Shown piece after piece: positions 1-11,982 of a DNA stretch of 64,000 bases (its first letter is position 1; each line of letters opens with the position of its first letter). The position numbers and the translations under genes were made by a program. The stretch comes from Lama glama (Eukaryota), in contig CM052824.1 of assembly GCA_028534125.1 (NCBI GenBank), forward strand, positions 48,236,001 through 48,300,000. Reading direction: 5' to 3'. The notes beneath the pieces were generated by a model. That model worked only from the letters and a program-made list of their open reading frames with translations, had not been told where the DNA came from and did not search any database.

Positions 1-29
1 GAAGGTACCAACTGGCTTTCCTATTGGAC

Positions 30-203
30 CAGTGGTTCTCAGCTCTGGCTATACCTTAGAATCAAATTAGAATCACCAGGACAGCTATTAAAATATTTTG
101 CTAGACCAATTAAGTCAGATTCTCCAGGTGTGGGGTCCAGGAATCCTATATTGAAAAGTGCCCCCTGGTGATTCTAGTGGGTAGCCAGAGTCAAGGGTCT
201 CTG
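30..203. mobile_element. MER5-like hAT-Charlie element
   Basis: cagtggttctca...ttagaatcacc...agaccaattaagtcaga...ggtgattcta, typical MER5 motifs. Confidence 0.7.
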
Positions 204-1431
204 TTTTAGGCAGACTGTGGACTTTCCAATTGGCCATGGGGACATTGGCTCTTTATGATTTCATTGTGGTTTGTTGTAATCAGAGAGATCCCTGCCATTA
301 TTGCCCAATAAGTATTATTTTAATTATTGGATCCCTACCCTTTCAAAAATGGGAAATAGAAACAGACCTATGAAGCCATAGGATCTCTCTGACACTTGAC
401 TGATTCAGCTCATTCAAGTGCCCACCTGGCCCCACAAAGCAGTAGCCTGTGACTCTGGTCTCTGCCCTCTCCTTGACCAGCCTCATCCCACATGTCACCT
501 CCAGACAGGCAACTTTCAAGTTCTCATCTCTAATCCAACCTCATCATATCAGGAACTCTTGCTTTTCAGTGCCTTCTCCTCCAATGCCTTTCCTGCCTTC
601 CTTCCCGGTGAACTTCTGTTCATCCTCCATTGCCTTGCTCAAGGGCCACCTCCTCCAGAAAGCCCTCCTCAATTTGCCAGGCAGAGCTGAAGTCTTCCTC
701 CTCTATGTCCCAGAATTATTCTGTGCATCTCCCTGTCTGTACACTGATCCCACTAGATTGGGGCCTTCTCAAGAATGAGGTCACAGATGGAGCCCCAAGA
801 CCTAGTTTAGGATCTAGTTTCCTGACCTCACGGGCTCTTCGTTCACCCATCTTCTCTCCCTCATGACTCCCCTTTGCACAGACCCCTCATGGCTTCTCAG
901 CCTCTCCCCATAATTCCATAGCGCTTCAGTTCCCACTGCCAGCTGCCTGAGCGTCTCCTCATCTCTAAGCTCAGGTATAGGATCTGCTCAGGCCAGTTTA
1001 GCTCTCCTCACTGAGTCACAGTGAAAGTCTGGGTCTGGATTGGCTATCTTTGGATCAGAGCCCATTCTAGTCTAATTAACTGTGGCTGGAGCCGGGGAGG
1101 GGGTCATGAGGTGCAAATGTGGACTCCTTGAGCAGGTGTGAGGATGGGAGAGCTTCCTCTTCTAAGGGGTCATGGCCACTGCAGGCACAGTGATGGCCAT
1201 GCCGAGTACACTTCCCCTGCAGGGCCTCAGAGCCCTCATTTGCTGACACCCTCAATGACCCTACTCCTCTCTGCTCTCTTCCCTCTCCCCCTTTTCAGCT
1301 CCTCCCCTGTCACCTCACATCTTCAGGCTCCCTCTCCATCCAGTGAATGCTCACCGTGCCCCTTGCCTGTCTCCTCCTCCTTCTCACCTTGTGAACGAAC
1401 CTGTCTAGGGCAACGTAAAGGAAGTCTGGGG

Positions 1432-1619
1432 TAGGTTTTCCAGATAAAATATGGGATGCTCAGTTAAATTTCAAGTTTAGATGCACAATGAATAATTATT
1501 TACTATAAATATGTCCCAAATATTGCATGAGACATACTAAAAAAAAAACTACTTGTTTATCTGAAATTCAAATTTAAGGAGATGTCCTGTATTTTTACGT
1601 GCTAAATCTGGCAACTCTA
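1432..1619. mobile_element. MER53-like palindromic DNA element (MITE)
   Basis: Termini taggttttccagata / aatctggcaactcta; internal inverted arms around atgtcccaaatattgcatgagacat. Confidence 0.85.
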
Positions 1620-1859
1620 AAATGAGTCCCTTCAGTGAGCCACCCCCCCTCCCCAACTCGGTGGAATTCTCACCTCACCAGGAAAGCAGGTCCCTTGATA
1701 CACCTCTGTTGAATTACACTGAATGTGCATTTTCCAAGAAGGGGTCTCTCTGGGGTGATGAGAACCGGATGAGTCTCAGGATTCTAGCACCACCTCTCTG
1801 ATGTGTCCTTTAGCGGATTAAGAGAAAGGGGATTCTTCGGTTCCTGTCACTGAGGAGTC

Positions 1860-2330
1860 CAGAGGTGGGCTGGTTGAGAGGCCTGAGCAGAGGCCCAAAC
1901 CACCCTCGAGGACCCAGCTCCACTCTCCAGCTCAGCTTGCCTCTCCTGCGTGCCCACTCTGTTCACAGACAAGTTTCCCCTCAGAATCCGTCACCTTCGG
2001 CGATGGCCGACCTCTGTGCCACTTCAGGTTTAAACCCTTTAAGCCACGGTGCGCACCTCATTCCCAGAAGCCCCAGCGAAACTTCCTTTGCTTCTCATTG
2101 GCTCTGATTGGGTCGTGTCCCCATCCTTGAGCCAATCAGTTGTGACCAGGGAATTCCAACGCTCTGATTGGCCAGATCTGAGTCACTCGTCACCTCTGGA
2201 GCCAGTGGGAGGAACCAATCCCCCGGAGCTCTCTCAGGGTGAAGTCCTTGGGGGAGAAAAAGTGGGTCCTTGGAGGCAGGAAGGACGGGTGACCGCTGTG
2301 GTCCGGCAATACACACCCTCTGCTCATCAC
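1860..2330. mobile_element. MaLR (MLT1-like) LTR fragment
   Basis: ctcattggctctgattgggtcgtgtccccatccttgagccaatcagttgtg...ctgattggccag, characteristic of MLT1. Confidence 0.6.
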
Positions 2331-3439
2331 ACTCCCCACAGCAGTGATTCTGACATTTTCAAGTGAAGCACTCCTTTTCCATGTGAACACTTTCCCATAT
2401 TTTACATTTAGTATTGGTTATATGACACACTACCTAATGGTTTTTTTAGATATGGATTCAGAAATTCCTTGAAATTAATTTGCATTTTATTCATGTCTTC
2501 AGCATCATTATATATGTATGTATTCAGCCTACAGACAATGCCTGATGCCTGACAGTGCTCTATGAATTTGAGGACACTCTTCACGATTACCCAGTCTGCC
2601 TTCCTAAGAATGGACCCATAGAGTGCATCGCCGCAGCCTTATGGGAAATCACCCAGCCTGCGTTTGAGAAGGCTTCTCAATGAGTGATAGACTCCTCTCC
2701 CACCTTGTTGCAGCCCCTTCAGCAGGTGTGTTACTGAGGATTCTTTGGGTGTAAACAACGGAAATGAATCTTGCTAGCTTCAGTAAAAGGAAAAATATTG
2801 GAAGGCTTCTACTGGGAGTTCACAGGATCAAAGGGAGCTGGAGCACCCGGCTTGGGAACCAAGAATGCTGCAGAAGTTAGATAGCAAAAGGTACATTGCA
2901 TTCACGACTGCAATTGTATGGTGAGGATCTTGACACAGAGATGGATGCACCAGGCTCTTCAGCTCAAGATCCAGTCTCAGAAGGGAGCTTCTGTTTAGCC
3001 CACCTTTGACTAGGGAAGGTGGGACCCCAGCCATCATTCCAGTAAAGGAAACCAGAGTGCTGGCCTGCAGGGGAGGAGATGCTGACAGCCAGAAGCAAGG
3101 AATATTCCTTGCAAGGATGACACACCCTTCAGGTGGTTTAGCTCAGGATACACCCTCCTCAATCAGGAGTGTGGTAGTCAATTATTTTGCTATTAGAGTT
3201 GCCACCACTTTTTTTTCTTTCTGGTTATTCTGGAAGCATTCATTTGGATTTTTCCCTGCTCTGGTTTTCTTTATGTTTCCATAATCTTTCGGCTCCTGGG
3301 TGGTCTGGTTTCCGACAGGCAGCAGCGTCAGCTGGTTCTCACAGAGTCCATGTGCTCATGGAGGAAATGTGGCCTGAGCCGATGTCACCACACCCACAGA
3401 AAGGAAGTGACAGCTACACAAGGTGGAGAAATGTATGTG

Positions 3440-3960
3440 TTGTATCCGTAAGGGTGACTTTGGTTACTAGGAACAGAAAACCCAATTCAAACAGCCGTAA
3501 ATAATGAAGGCAACTTATTGGCTCACATTTTTTGAAAAGTCCTTCAGGAAAGGCTTGATCCAGCAGCTTAACAGTGCTATCGAGGACCCTGTTTCTTTCT
3601 CTTATTCAACTTGCCTTTTTCAAGGCTGGCTTCCCTTACAGTCCCAAGACACCTCCCAGCAGTTCCCAAGAAAAAGATCGCCTCACTGAAGGCTAGTAGG
3701 GTATCAGAGAAGCATCTTTGTTCCCGAATTCCCAGCAAAAGTCCTAACGTTCACTCTGCTGTGATGGGTCTAGATCACATGCCCAACACTAAGCCAATCA
3801 CTGAGCCAGAAGTTGAAATGCACTTATTGACTTAGCCTCACTCCTGGCTGGCACCAGAGGTGGAGTCAGTCCCTGGAATTACATGGCTCCCCAAACCAAA
3901 ATCAAGGCTCTCTGGGAGGGCAGAGGGGTGCTGAGAAAGCCACCCACAAGGAGCGCACTG
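3440..3960. mobile_element. MaLR (MLT1-like) LTR
   Basis: ttggttactaggaacagaaaacccaattcaaa...ttattggctcac...gatcacatgcccaacactaagccaatcactg. Confidence 0.65.
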
Positions 3961-5579
3961 CATTGGGAAGCCACATACATGGAAGTTAGTTGATTAATTA
4001 TCATAATTGCAGCTTCTATCATGAAGCACATTAAGCATTTCACATGCATAAGTTTTGTGATTTAATGAATCATCACAGAACCCTGGGAGGTAGCTTTTCA
4101 ATCCTGTTTTTCAGAGAAGGAAGCAAGTTTAGTGAAGTGACTTGAAGCATCATAGCTGTTACGAGTCAGAAACAGGATGTGAACCCCAAAGTCTGTCTGC
4201 TCCCAAAATCCATTCTTCTAATCTGTACCCTAGCCTGACTCTTAATAATATGCAAGGCACTGCTGGGGACTCCAGAAAGGGAGCACACTTATTGAACAGG
4301 GCTTAACTGAGCACCTACTATGTGTCAGGCAACCTGCCAGGCTCTGAGTACTCAGAGGTCAGTGAGGTGCAATCCCTACCTTCTCAGGCTCCTTGTCTAG
4401 ACAAGGAGACAGGCACAAACCCATAATGACACCACAATGAGAAGCACTGTTTATTTCCGTGCTGGGTATGTCACGTACATTATCTCACTAAATCCTTAAA
4501 TATACACTGGGGAGGATGGTCTTATCCCTTCTGAATTCCTGAGTTAACAGGGAGACAGTGAGGTTACGTCACTCCAGATCACTCAGCTGACTGGGCAACT
4601 CTACTTGGTCTCACTTTCTGGAAGCTGAGGGGTCGCTTGCAAAGGTCAGATCAGCAAGAAGACAGCCACGTAAGGTACAAGTTCACTGAGAGTTCAAGTC
4701 CTGGAGGAGTGGAGGTGCACTGTGGATTGGGGAGAACTGGAGAAGAACAGGTTTTGCTGAGCTGTGGAGAGGAGGGTAAAAAATTCAAGGTGCCTGGGCT
4801 GGCACTGGTGCCGACCACTTGCTCTGGGGATTGGTCTTTGCAATATTCCCACCTCTGGGAATTCCCATCCCAGAACCCCAAACAGGAAAACCTGCTTGAC
4901 TCTCTCAATAATGCTCAACCCCCAAGGTTAGCACAGGAGAATTTTAATAGCGCCAATTTACACCCCTTCTTGGTGCCAAGTCTTCATCTGTCTGTGATCA
5001 CCCTGCAATGTAGGGATGTAAACCTCATTTTACAAGCAAGCTAATTGAATCCTACAGACAGAGCTCAGAAGTCATCGGGCCAGAATGCCACCCCCAGGCC
5101 TGACTCCAGGGTCCTTGCTCGTCCTGAGACACCAAAGTTCCCCGGGCTGTACATATCCTGGCTGTCAGGGGTGAAAGAGGCTGTGTTCATCCTCAGTCAC
5201 CCTCCCCTAGGCTCCTCTCTGACTAGCCCTCTGACTTGGGCTTCTGGCTGTGGACTTTCTAGAAGCCTCAGGCAACTCACTGCAGATATTCCCTCAGCGG
5301 GGAGCTGGGATCCCCAAGCCTCCCTAAATCTACCACTCATTTCTCAAAGCCTTCATGGAAGAGATCATTGCAGAGAAAGAACCATGGAGAGCAAAGCTTT
5401 TGAAGACAGGTAGACTTGCATCCAGACTTAGCCATTTACATGCTGTGTGACCTTGAGCAAGTCATCTCCTGTCTGAGCCTCAGTTCCCAGAGTAGTTAAA
5501 TGAGAGCCAATAATCCGCATGCCATAGGTTTCTGTGTAAGCCGCTGGAGACCTAGAAGCCAGCCTTCAAGTGTGTAATC

Positions 5580-6200
5580 TCTTCCCACCCCTCCCCCATC
5601 ACATCAGGTCCCAAATTCTATTCATTTTATCTCAAAAAGTGTATTTCAAATTCATCCTGTCTTTTATATCCCTTCCCTCATTCAAGCCACCATCATCTCC
5701 CGCCTGGACACTGTAAGCCAACCTCCTCTCAAGGCCTGCTTGCCTCCTTCAATCCATTCTCCATAGTGTAGCCAAAGAGATCTTTTAAGAACATATATTT
5801 GATGATGCCATGGCTGGTTACAGCTCTCCAATGGTTTCTTACTGCTCGCAAGGAAACTCCAAAATTCCTACTGCTGCCTCCACAGAGGCCCAGAGGGGCT
5901 GACTCTGCCAACCTACTTACTCATCTCTTGTCCTCTCCCCAGGGCTCTCTGCATCCAGCATCACACCATTCTGTCCCCTCTGCCTGGAAATCTGTTCCCC
6001 ATTCTAGACCAGTTAACTCCTGTTTATGTGTCAAATCCTTATTCAAAGGCTAATTCCTCCAGGAAGCCTTCCTTGATTTCTCAGATCAGATCAGGTTCCC
6101 TCATTTATTGATCTCACCCTGTACTTCTTTGTGGCACCGAATACAATTACAATTATATAAGTATTGGCTGAATTAGTCCTTGAATATCTGTCTTCTCAAT
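5580..6200 (+). mobile_element. L2 LINE fragment
   Basis: ccaccatcatctcccgcctgga...ccattctccatag...cctccaggaagccttccttga, L2 3' region motifs. Confidence 0.7.
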
Positions 6201-8841
6201 CATGGATGCATTGTTTTTGCCTCTTCCTCAAAAGAATGCCCCCCACCAACGGTCTCAGAGGTGGGTCTAGAATTAGATTGGATACATGGATGTTGACATA
6301 GGAAGAACCATGGTAGGGACACTGGTTGGGGCAGATATCTTCAGGCCCCATGGAGAATGCCCAGATGAGAATGAAGCCCCAGGCGGAGAAGTTACAAACA
6401 AGAGACAGAGCAGCTAAGCCTGAAATGTTCTTTTGCCCTGGAGCCAGCAGCATCTGAATGTCTCACAATCACGTGATGCCCCCCACCCCTTGTGTTTTGT
6501 TTTGTTAAGCTGGTTTCACCTTGCAAACAATAGATGAGAGGAGGCCAAAGCTCTGTGGAGGTGAGGACAGTAAGTCTGACTTCTTCGGGCTGTACCCCAA
6601 GCTCAGAGTCTGCTCCAGTCCTGTTTGTTGGATGACGGCAAGTAGGCAGCCCATAGTGTGGGACCGAAAGGAGCAATAATTAGTAACAAAGAGGATGTCC
6701 TCTTTTTCTCCCATCACACAGATGCTGTCAGCTTGACCAGAACAGAGCCTCCTTGATGTCCTGACTGCAGGACCCTCCTCCCTCGGGAGGAGACCAAGCC
6801 AGCCCTCCAGCTGGGCCAGCTTCTGTGACAGCAGACTTCTCTTGGGTCCTCCCGCTCGTGCCTTCCACCTCACTCTCAGATCCCTCCTTCACTTCCTGGA
6901 ATATTCCAGAGCTGACCTATCACCCAGGTGCACACCCAAGTAGCCAAGGCAACTGTTTACTCTATGCCCTTAGAAACCATCTCCAGCTTGTGGCAGTAGG
7001 CACCCAACACAGCTGCCCTCTGCCCACAGCCTGGCCGAACAAGCAAAGGTGTTTCCTGCTGGGACTGGCATCGCCAGGCTGGGTTTCCTATCCATGCATA
7101 ACCCCCCACTGCTCCTGCCACCCTAGCTCCCCACAGCCCCGGTGCACCACACACTCACCTTTTGGTCTGTCTGGGAGCCAAGGGGAGAGGGAGTCATAAC
7201 TCACCTCTTCTTGCTCCTCCAGCCACACTTCCCGAGGCATCAGCAAAACTTCTCGGGCTCTGGAGTCAGAAAGACCTGGGTCCAAGTCCCCCTCTCCACC
7301 TGCTGCTCTGTGACCTCAAGCCAAGCATTTCATGTCTCTCAGCCTCCTTTCTCCATATGTAGCATGACGATAGTAACTGTAACCACCCCCTTTGGTCTGT
7401 TGTGACTACGAAATTGGCATAGTGCCTGACATGTGATTAAACACTGGCTGGCTGGAGGAGCCCTGGTCCAGGGGCTCAGCCCTTTCCTGGGGGGACACTG
7501 AGGGCTCAGCCCTCTCCAGGGTGAGCCCTGTGCTGAGAGAGTCCTGCTTCTGGGGGCAGCCACCTGGCTGGAAGGGAGCCAGGGGGGTTGAGCTGATGCC
7601 ACATTCAGGTCCCAGTAACTTGACTTGTGTTCATTTCAGGGGAGGCTCTGGGATGTCTGATGGTGGTTTGGGGATCTAAAGAGCTCCCGAGTTGTCCCTG
7701 GACACTGCTGATGCCCTGGTGGCCCCGTCTTTGCCCTCTTCAGGATCTTCAGAAACATACCCACCCCTTCCCCTCACCCTATCACCGCTCCAGAAAACAC
7801 AGGACAGGCACCCACCCAGTTTCCACAGAGTTTTGCTCTTTCCTAAAAAATCAATTCCCCAACCTGTGAACTCTGACTTTGGAGTCAGCAAGCAAGGGGG
7901 TTCTACTGGCTGTGTGGCCTCGGACAAGTCACCGTGCCTCTCTGAGCATCATAAGACAGAGAAAACATTACCTAACCTCCTGGACCCTGTGAGGATTAAA
8001 CATGGAAACTTAAGGAAGCTCTGGGCACTGCAGGCCCTACATAAATGATGAGCATACATGGCAAGGAAGTGACACATTTGCATCCCCTCACCCTTCCCTT
8101 GCTTGCTGTCAAGGAAGGGTGCCAGCTTGAAGCACAGAAGCAGGGAGAGAAGTAAGAAGAGGGTGAGGCAGGCATCAGGCCCTGAGCATAGCCCCTTCTC
8201 TTCCCACCCTGGGTTCAGCGTGCAGACATCCCAGCAGGCGTGTCCAAATTCTGTCCATGCACCCCAGACATCTGCTCCACGGCCACCTTGGCCTGGCTAT
8301 GCTCACAGCTGCAGCACAGTCCACCCTCGGGAGAACGGGCCGGGGCCGAGGCCCACACAGGCCCTGGAAGCCGGCTCAGGCCTCTGAGTGTGGCAGGTGT
8401 TCCAGCAACTGGAGGGTGGTCTACAGAGCTCTGGGTGGGCATCCCCTTGGCCCCTCATTCTGTGGGGTAGAGTGAAGAAGACGGAGGGCCAGAGCAGGGT
8501 CTAGGGTCAAGATCAGGACCTCGTTTGCCTAGGTCTAAGGGCAATTAAGAACTGGCTAGATCCCTGTTCTTGGGACCCTGAGAGCCTAGCAGAGAGAATA
8601 GATGTTAAACAAGGAATTATAAGAAAGTGGGATCTATGATACAGATGCCTGAGGGGAGAAAGAGCCCAGCTTCACCTGGGTGGGGTCCACACTCTGCTCC
8701 CCTACTGCGGTGCCCAAGGCCCCTCCTGCTGCACGGTCCCTTCCCGAGACCCTGAAGGCAGGATGTGCCAGGAGTCACACCCACAGCGCAGCACTAGTCC
8801 TGCCATGCTCTGGGGCCCTGTGCTGCCCAGGGGCCCTGGGC

Positions 8842-8985
8842 CAGTGCTTCCCAAAGGATGGCCCCCAGACCAGCTGCAGATTGCTGCCCACCCCAGACCC
8901 ACTGAACCAGATTCTCTGGGGCAGGACCCAAGTCAGTTAATAAGCACCCTGGGGCTCTGATGCTCCTTGAAATTTGAGAACCACT
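8842..8985. mobile_element. MER5A-like element
   Basis: TIRs cagtgcttcccaaa / tttgagaaccactg; internal ccccagacccactgaaccaga. Confidence 0.8.
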
Positions 8986-10924
8986 GTTGGAAGGAATATG
9001 CCCCATTCGTGCATTTATTCAACATCCTTTGACTGAGCGCCTACCGTGTACCTGAAACCGTCCTAGGCACTGAGAATACATCTGTGTGTGAACAGACACA
9101 GCTCCTGATCTTGGAGCTGACATCCTAGTGGGGGAGACAGTAAGACAAATCAGTACATGATGAGGTCATCCGGATCATGGTAAATCCTTTGAGGACAACA
9201 AAACGGGGGCAGAGCAGACAGGGAAGGCCTCCTGGAGGAGGTGACAGACATGAAGGATTCAGAGCCAGGTATGTCTGCATCCCCACCCTAACCACTCTGC
9301 AGCACTGCCTCCCTTGGCTGCTCGGCCTTCTAATGCTGAGAAGCCAGGGAAAGCAAGGATGATGGTGGGAAGATGTGCACACTCCTCCCCTAGAGAAAAA
9401 CCTTCACCAACTCAGCGTGGAGGGAAGTGGTGATATAATGCCCACCACATATAAATAGGCCCGTCCGCTCCAGAGTCACCCTGGAAACCTGCGGTCAGTT
9501 TGGACTTTGCTTAAGGCCGAGCTCCCTGCCACCGGGAGCCCAAAACGGCTGAACAAACTTCGAGCTTCACATGGGGCTGGCCCTCGATGAGTTCAAGGCC
9601 AGAGCATTTCTCCAAAGTCAAAACCGCAACAGGAAGGCACAGAAACAGTCTTCTGAGGAGGCCCGGCCTGGTGCAAGGGCTCCGGTCAGCCTTCCCAAAG
9701 GCCATCGTGGAGGAGGAAGGAGGGAAGCTAGAAATGTCCCTGAGCTCCAAAACCTCTACTCTGCCCAGGTGCTGAAACAGCACCATGAGAACGGGGGATC
9801 TGGGTTAAGCACTGCCCTGCATCCTCACTCCCAGAAGAAGCGATGGCTTTAGGCCCTGAGACAGGAGAGGCTCTGTGGGGTTTAGTTGTGCTGACTGTGT
9901 GTTCTGAACTTTCCTTGACTGTTCTGATTTCAGATCATTTGTTCCCACCTCCTGTGGGAAATAGCCAGTGACCTGTCGGGAAATAGGATCACCCTGGGGG
10001 TTTGACAGGGAGTCTGGAGCCCAGGTTCTTGGTTCTGGCTCTGCCACTTGGGCTGGTCTCCCTTCCTGTCCCTGGGCCTCGGTTTCCTGACAGTGGGCAC
10101 TGTGGCCTAAATCAAAGGCAGGGGCCTCAGGCTAATAATCTTCCCTGACCAGAAGGAGGGATGTGGGCACCAGAATGAAGGTGGTGGTGGCCCTGAGTCG
10201 GGGAAAGGACCCTGGGAGTCAGGATGAGGCGTTGGGGAGCAACCCGCTGGTTCCTCCTTGTCATCTCCACCTGCTGCTCGGCGGCCCACTTCCTGCCTCT
10301 TTCCTGCCCTTGCGTCCCCAGGGAGCTTGACCTAGAGTAGACCTGGGCCCACACTCCGGTTGGGGTGGCAGCCAAAGCCAAGCTCCAGGGCAGGGCGGCC
10401 TCCTGCGGGAGTGAGGAGAGGCTTTGGCACAGCTGCCCAAGCCATCCCATGACCTTGACTGGCAGTGAAGAGACTGACCAGCACAGAGGCCTGAGTACCG
10501 TTTGTGCAAGAAACAGCACAGGAGTTGGGCCAGAATCTTCACTCCATCTTCTGTTCACCCTGTGCCCTTGACCACTCTCTTGGCCTCTGAGCCTCAGCTG
10601 CCCCATCTGTAGAATGGGGCTAATGATCCCTTTAGAGCCCACACGAGGCTCCCAAGAAATCGTGTACCTACTCTGCTTACCTTGGCACCTGGCAGCCAGT
10701 AGTTTTAGAAAAGAAAAATTCCCTTCCCCCCCATAAATGTGTAAATTGAATTGTGCCCTTGATCCTGGTCCTAATATTTAAGTCTAAGGACTAAGCGTCT
10801 TTCACAAGAAAAACTGGACTTAATACAAAAATAAATCACTGCCATCACTCCCACTCTTCCCTCAAATCTCTGCACATTTGTCACCAAGTGAGGTCCTGTC
10901 TGGTGCACAGTGCCACCACCATTG

Positions 10925-11145
10925 ATAGTAACTGTCATTTATTGCACACCTACTGTGTGCTGAGCATTTCTGTCCCTATTCTATCACCTTCTCATAACAA
11001 TGAGGAAAACACCATTTTACAGATGTGAAAACTGAGGCTCAGAGATGTGATGTTCCTGATCAGGGACCACATGGAAGTGGAAAGGAACTCAAGCCCCACA
11101 GTCTGCCTGCAAAGCCCATGCATTTACCACTAAGCTATCCTGCCT
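10925..11145 (-). mobile_element. MIR SINE (representative; many further MIR fragments occur across the window)
   Basis: cattttacagatgtgaaaactgaggctcagaga, antisense MIR core. Confidence 0.75.
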
Positions 11146-11821
11146 CCCAAGGTGGAGGGAGGCCTCCTCTCTCTCAGTGCTTCAGCAAGGGCTGTTAGGG
11201 AGACCCTGGAGGAAACAGCGAAGGCTGAGTGGCTCCCCTAACCAACCAGCATGCGACAGTTTCACTAAAACTCAATTTCCCTACATGAAGGACTTCCTCC
11301 CCCCTTTTTTTAAGACCTGTGTTTCAAGGTGGACCCCAAGGCTGCTCTAAACCTTGGAGGGGCCAAGAATGGAGCTGTGATGCTGGGGGCACATTTCTAG
11401 GGTAATCATGTGTGCCAAGCCCAAAGTGGGCACATGAGGCCTGCCAAGGACAAGAATCTCCAGATATGTGCATTTGGGGCCATTCCAGCAATCAGGGTCC
11501 AGAAGTCACTGCAGCCGAATTCCTGTGATGCCTTAGCTCTCTCTGGGAAAACGCAGGTGTGCCTCCAGGCTGTGACTCAGTTGACACATATGTGGGCCAG
11601 CTGTGATGATCAGTTCTCTATGGTCTCTCCAGCCCCCTGGACACCCTGGCTGGGGCTGAGAGCAGGTTGTTGAAGGCTTCTTGGAGAAGGGTTGAGCAGG
11701 CCCTGGTGGACAGAGAGGATTTGGGCATGTAGAGAGAAGGGCACGTCTTCTCCAAATAGGCCTCCTAGCACAAGGGAGAAGGTCAGTCTTCATGGCCGAG
11801 GTGACCTGGGTGTGACTCCTT

Positions 11822-11982
11822 AGATGGACAGATGAGTGGGTGGGTGGATGGATGGATGGATGAAAGGACAGATGGATGCACACAGTTGGACAGACTGATG
11901 AGTGGATGGATGGGTAGGTGAATGAATGGGGAGATGTATGGACAGATGGATGGATAGATAAATAAAAGAAGGAAGAAAGAAG
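11822..11982. repeat. (GGAT)n-type degenerate simple repeat
   Basis: ggatggatggatgg...gatggatggatagata. Confidence 0.85.

Noticed and set aside
158-171. CTCF-like motif at the window start
   Set aside because: Lies within a MER5-like repeat and matches only partially; unsupported without ChIP data.
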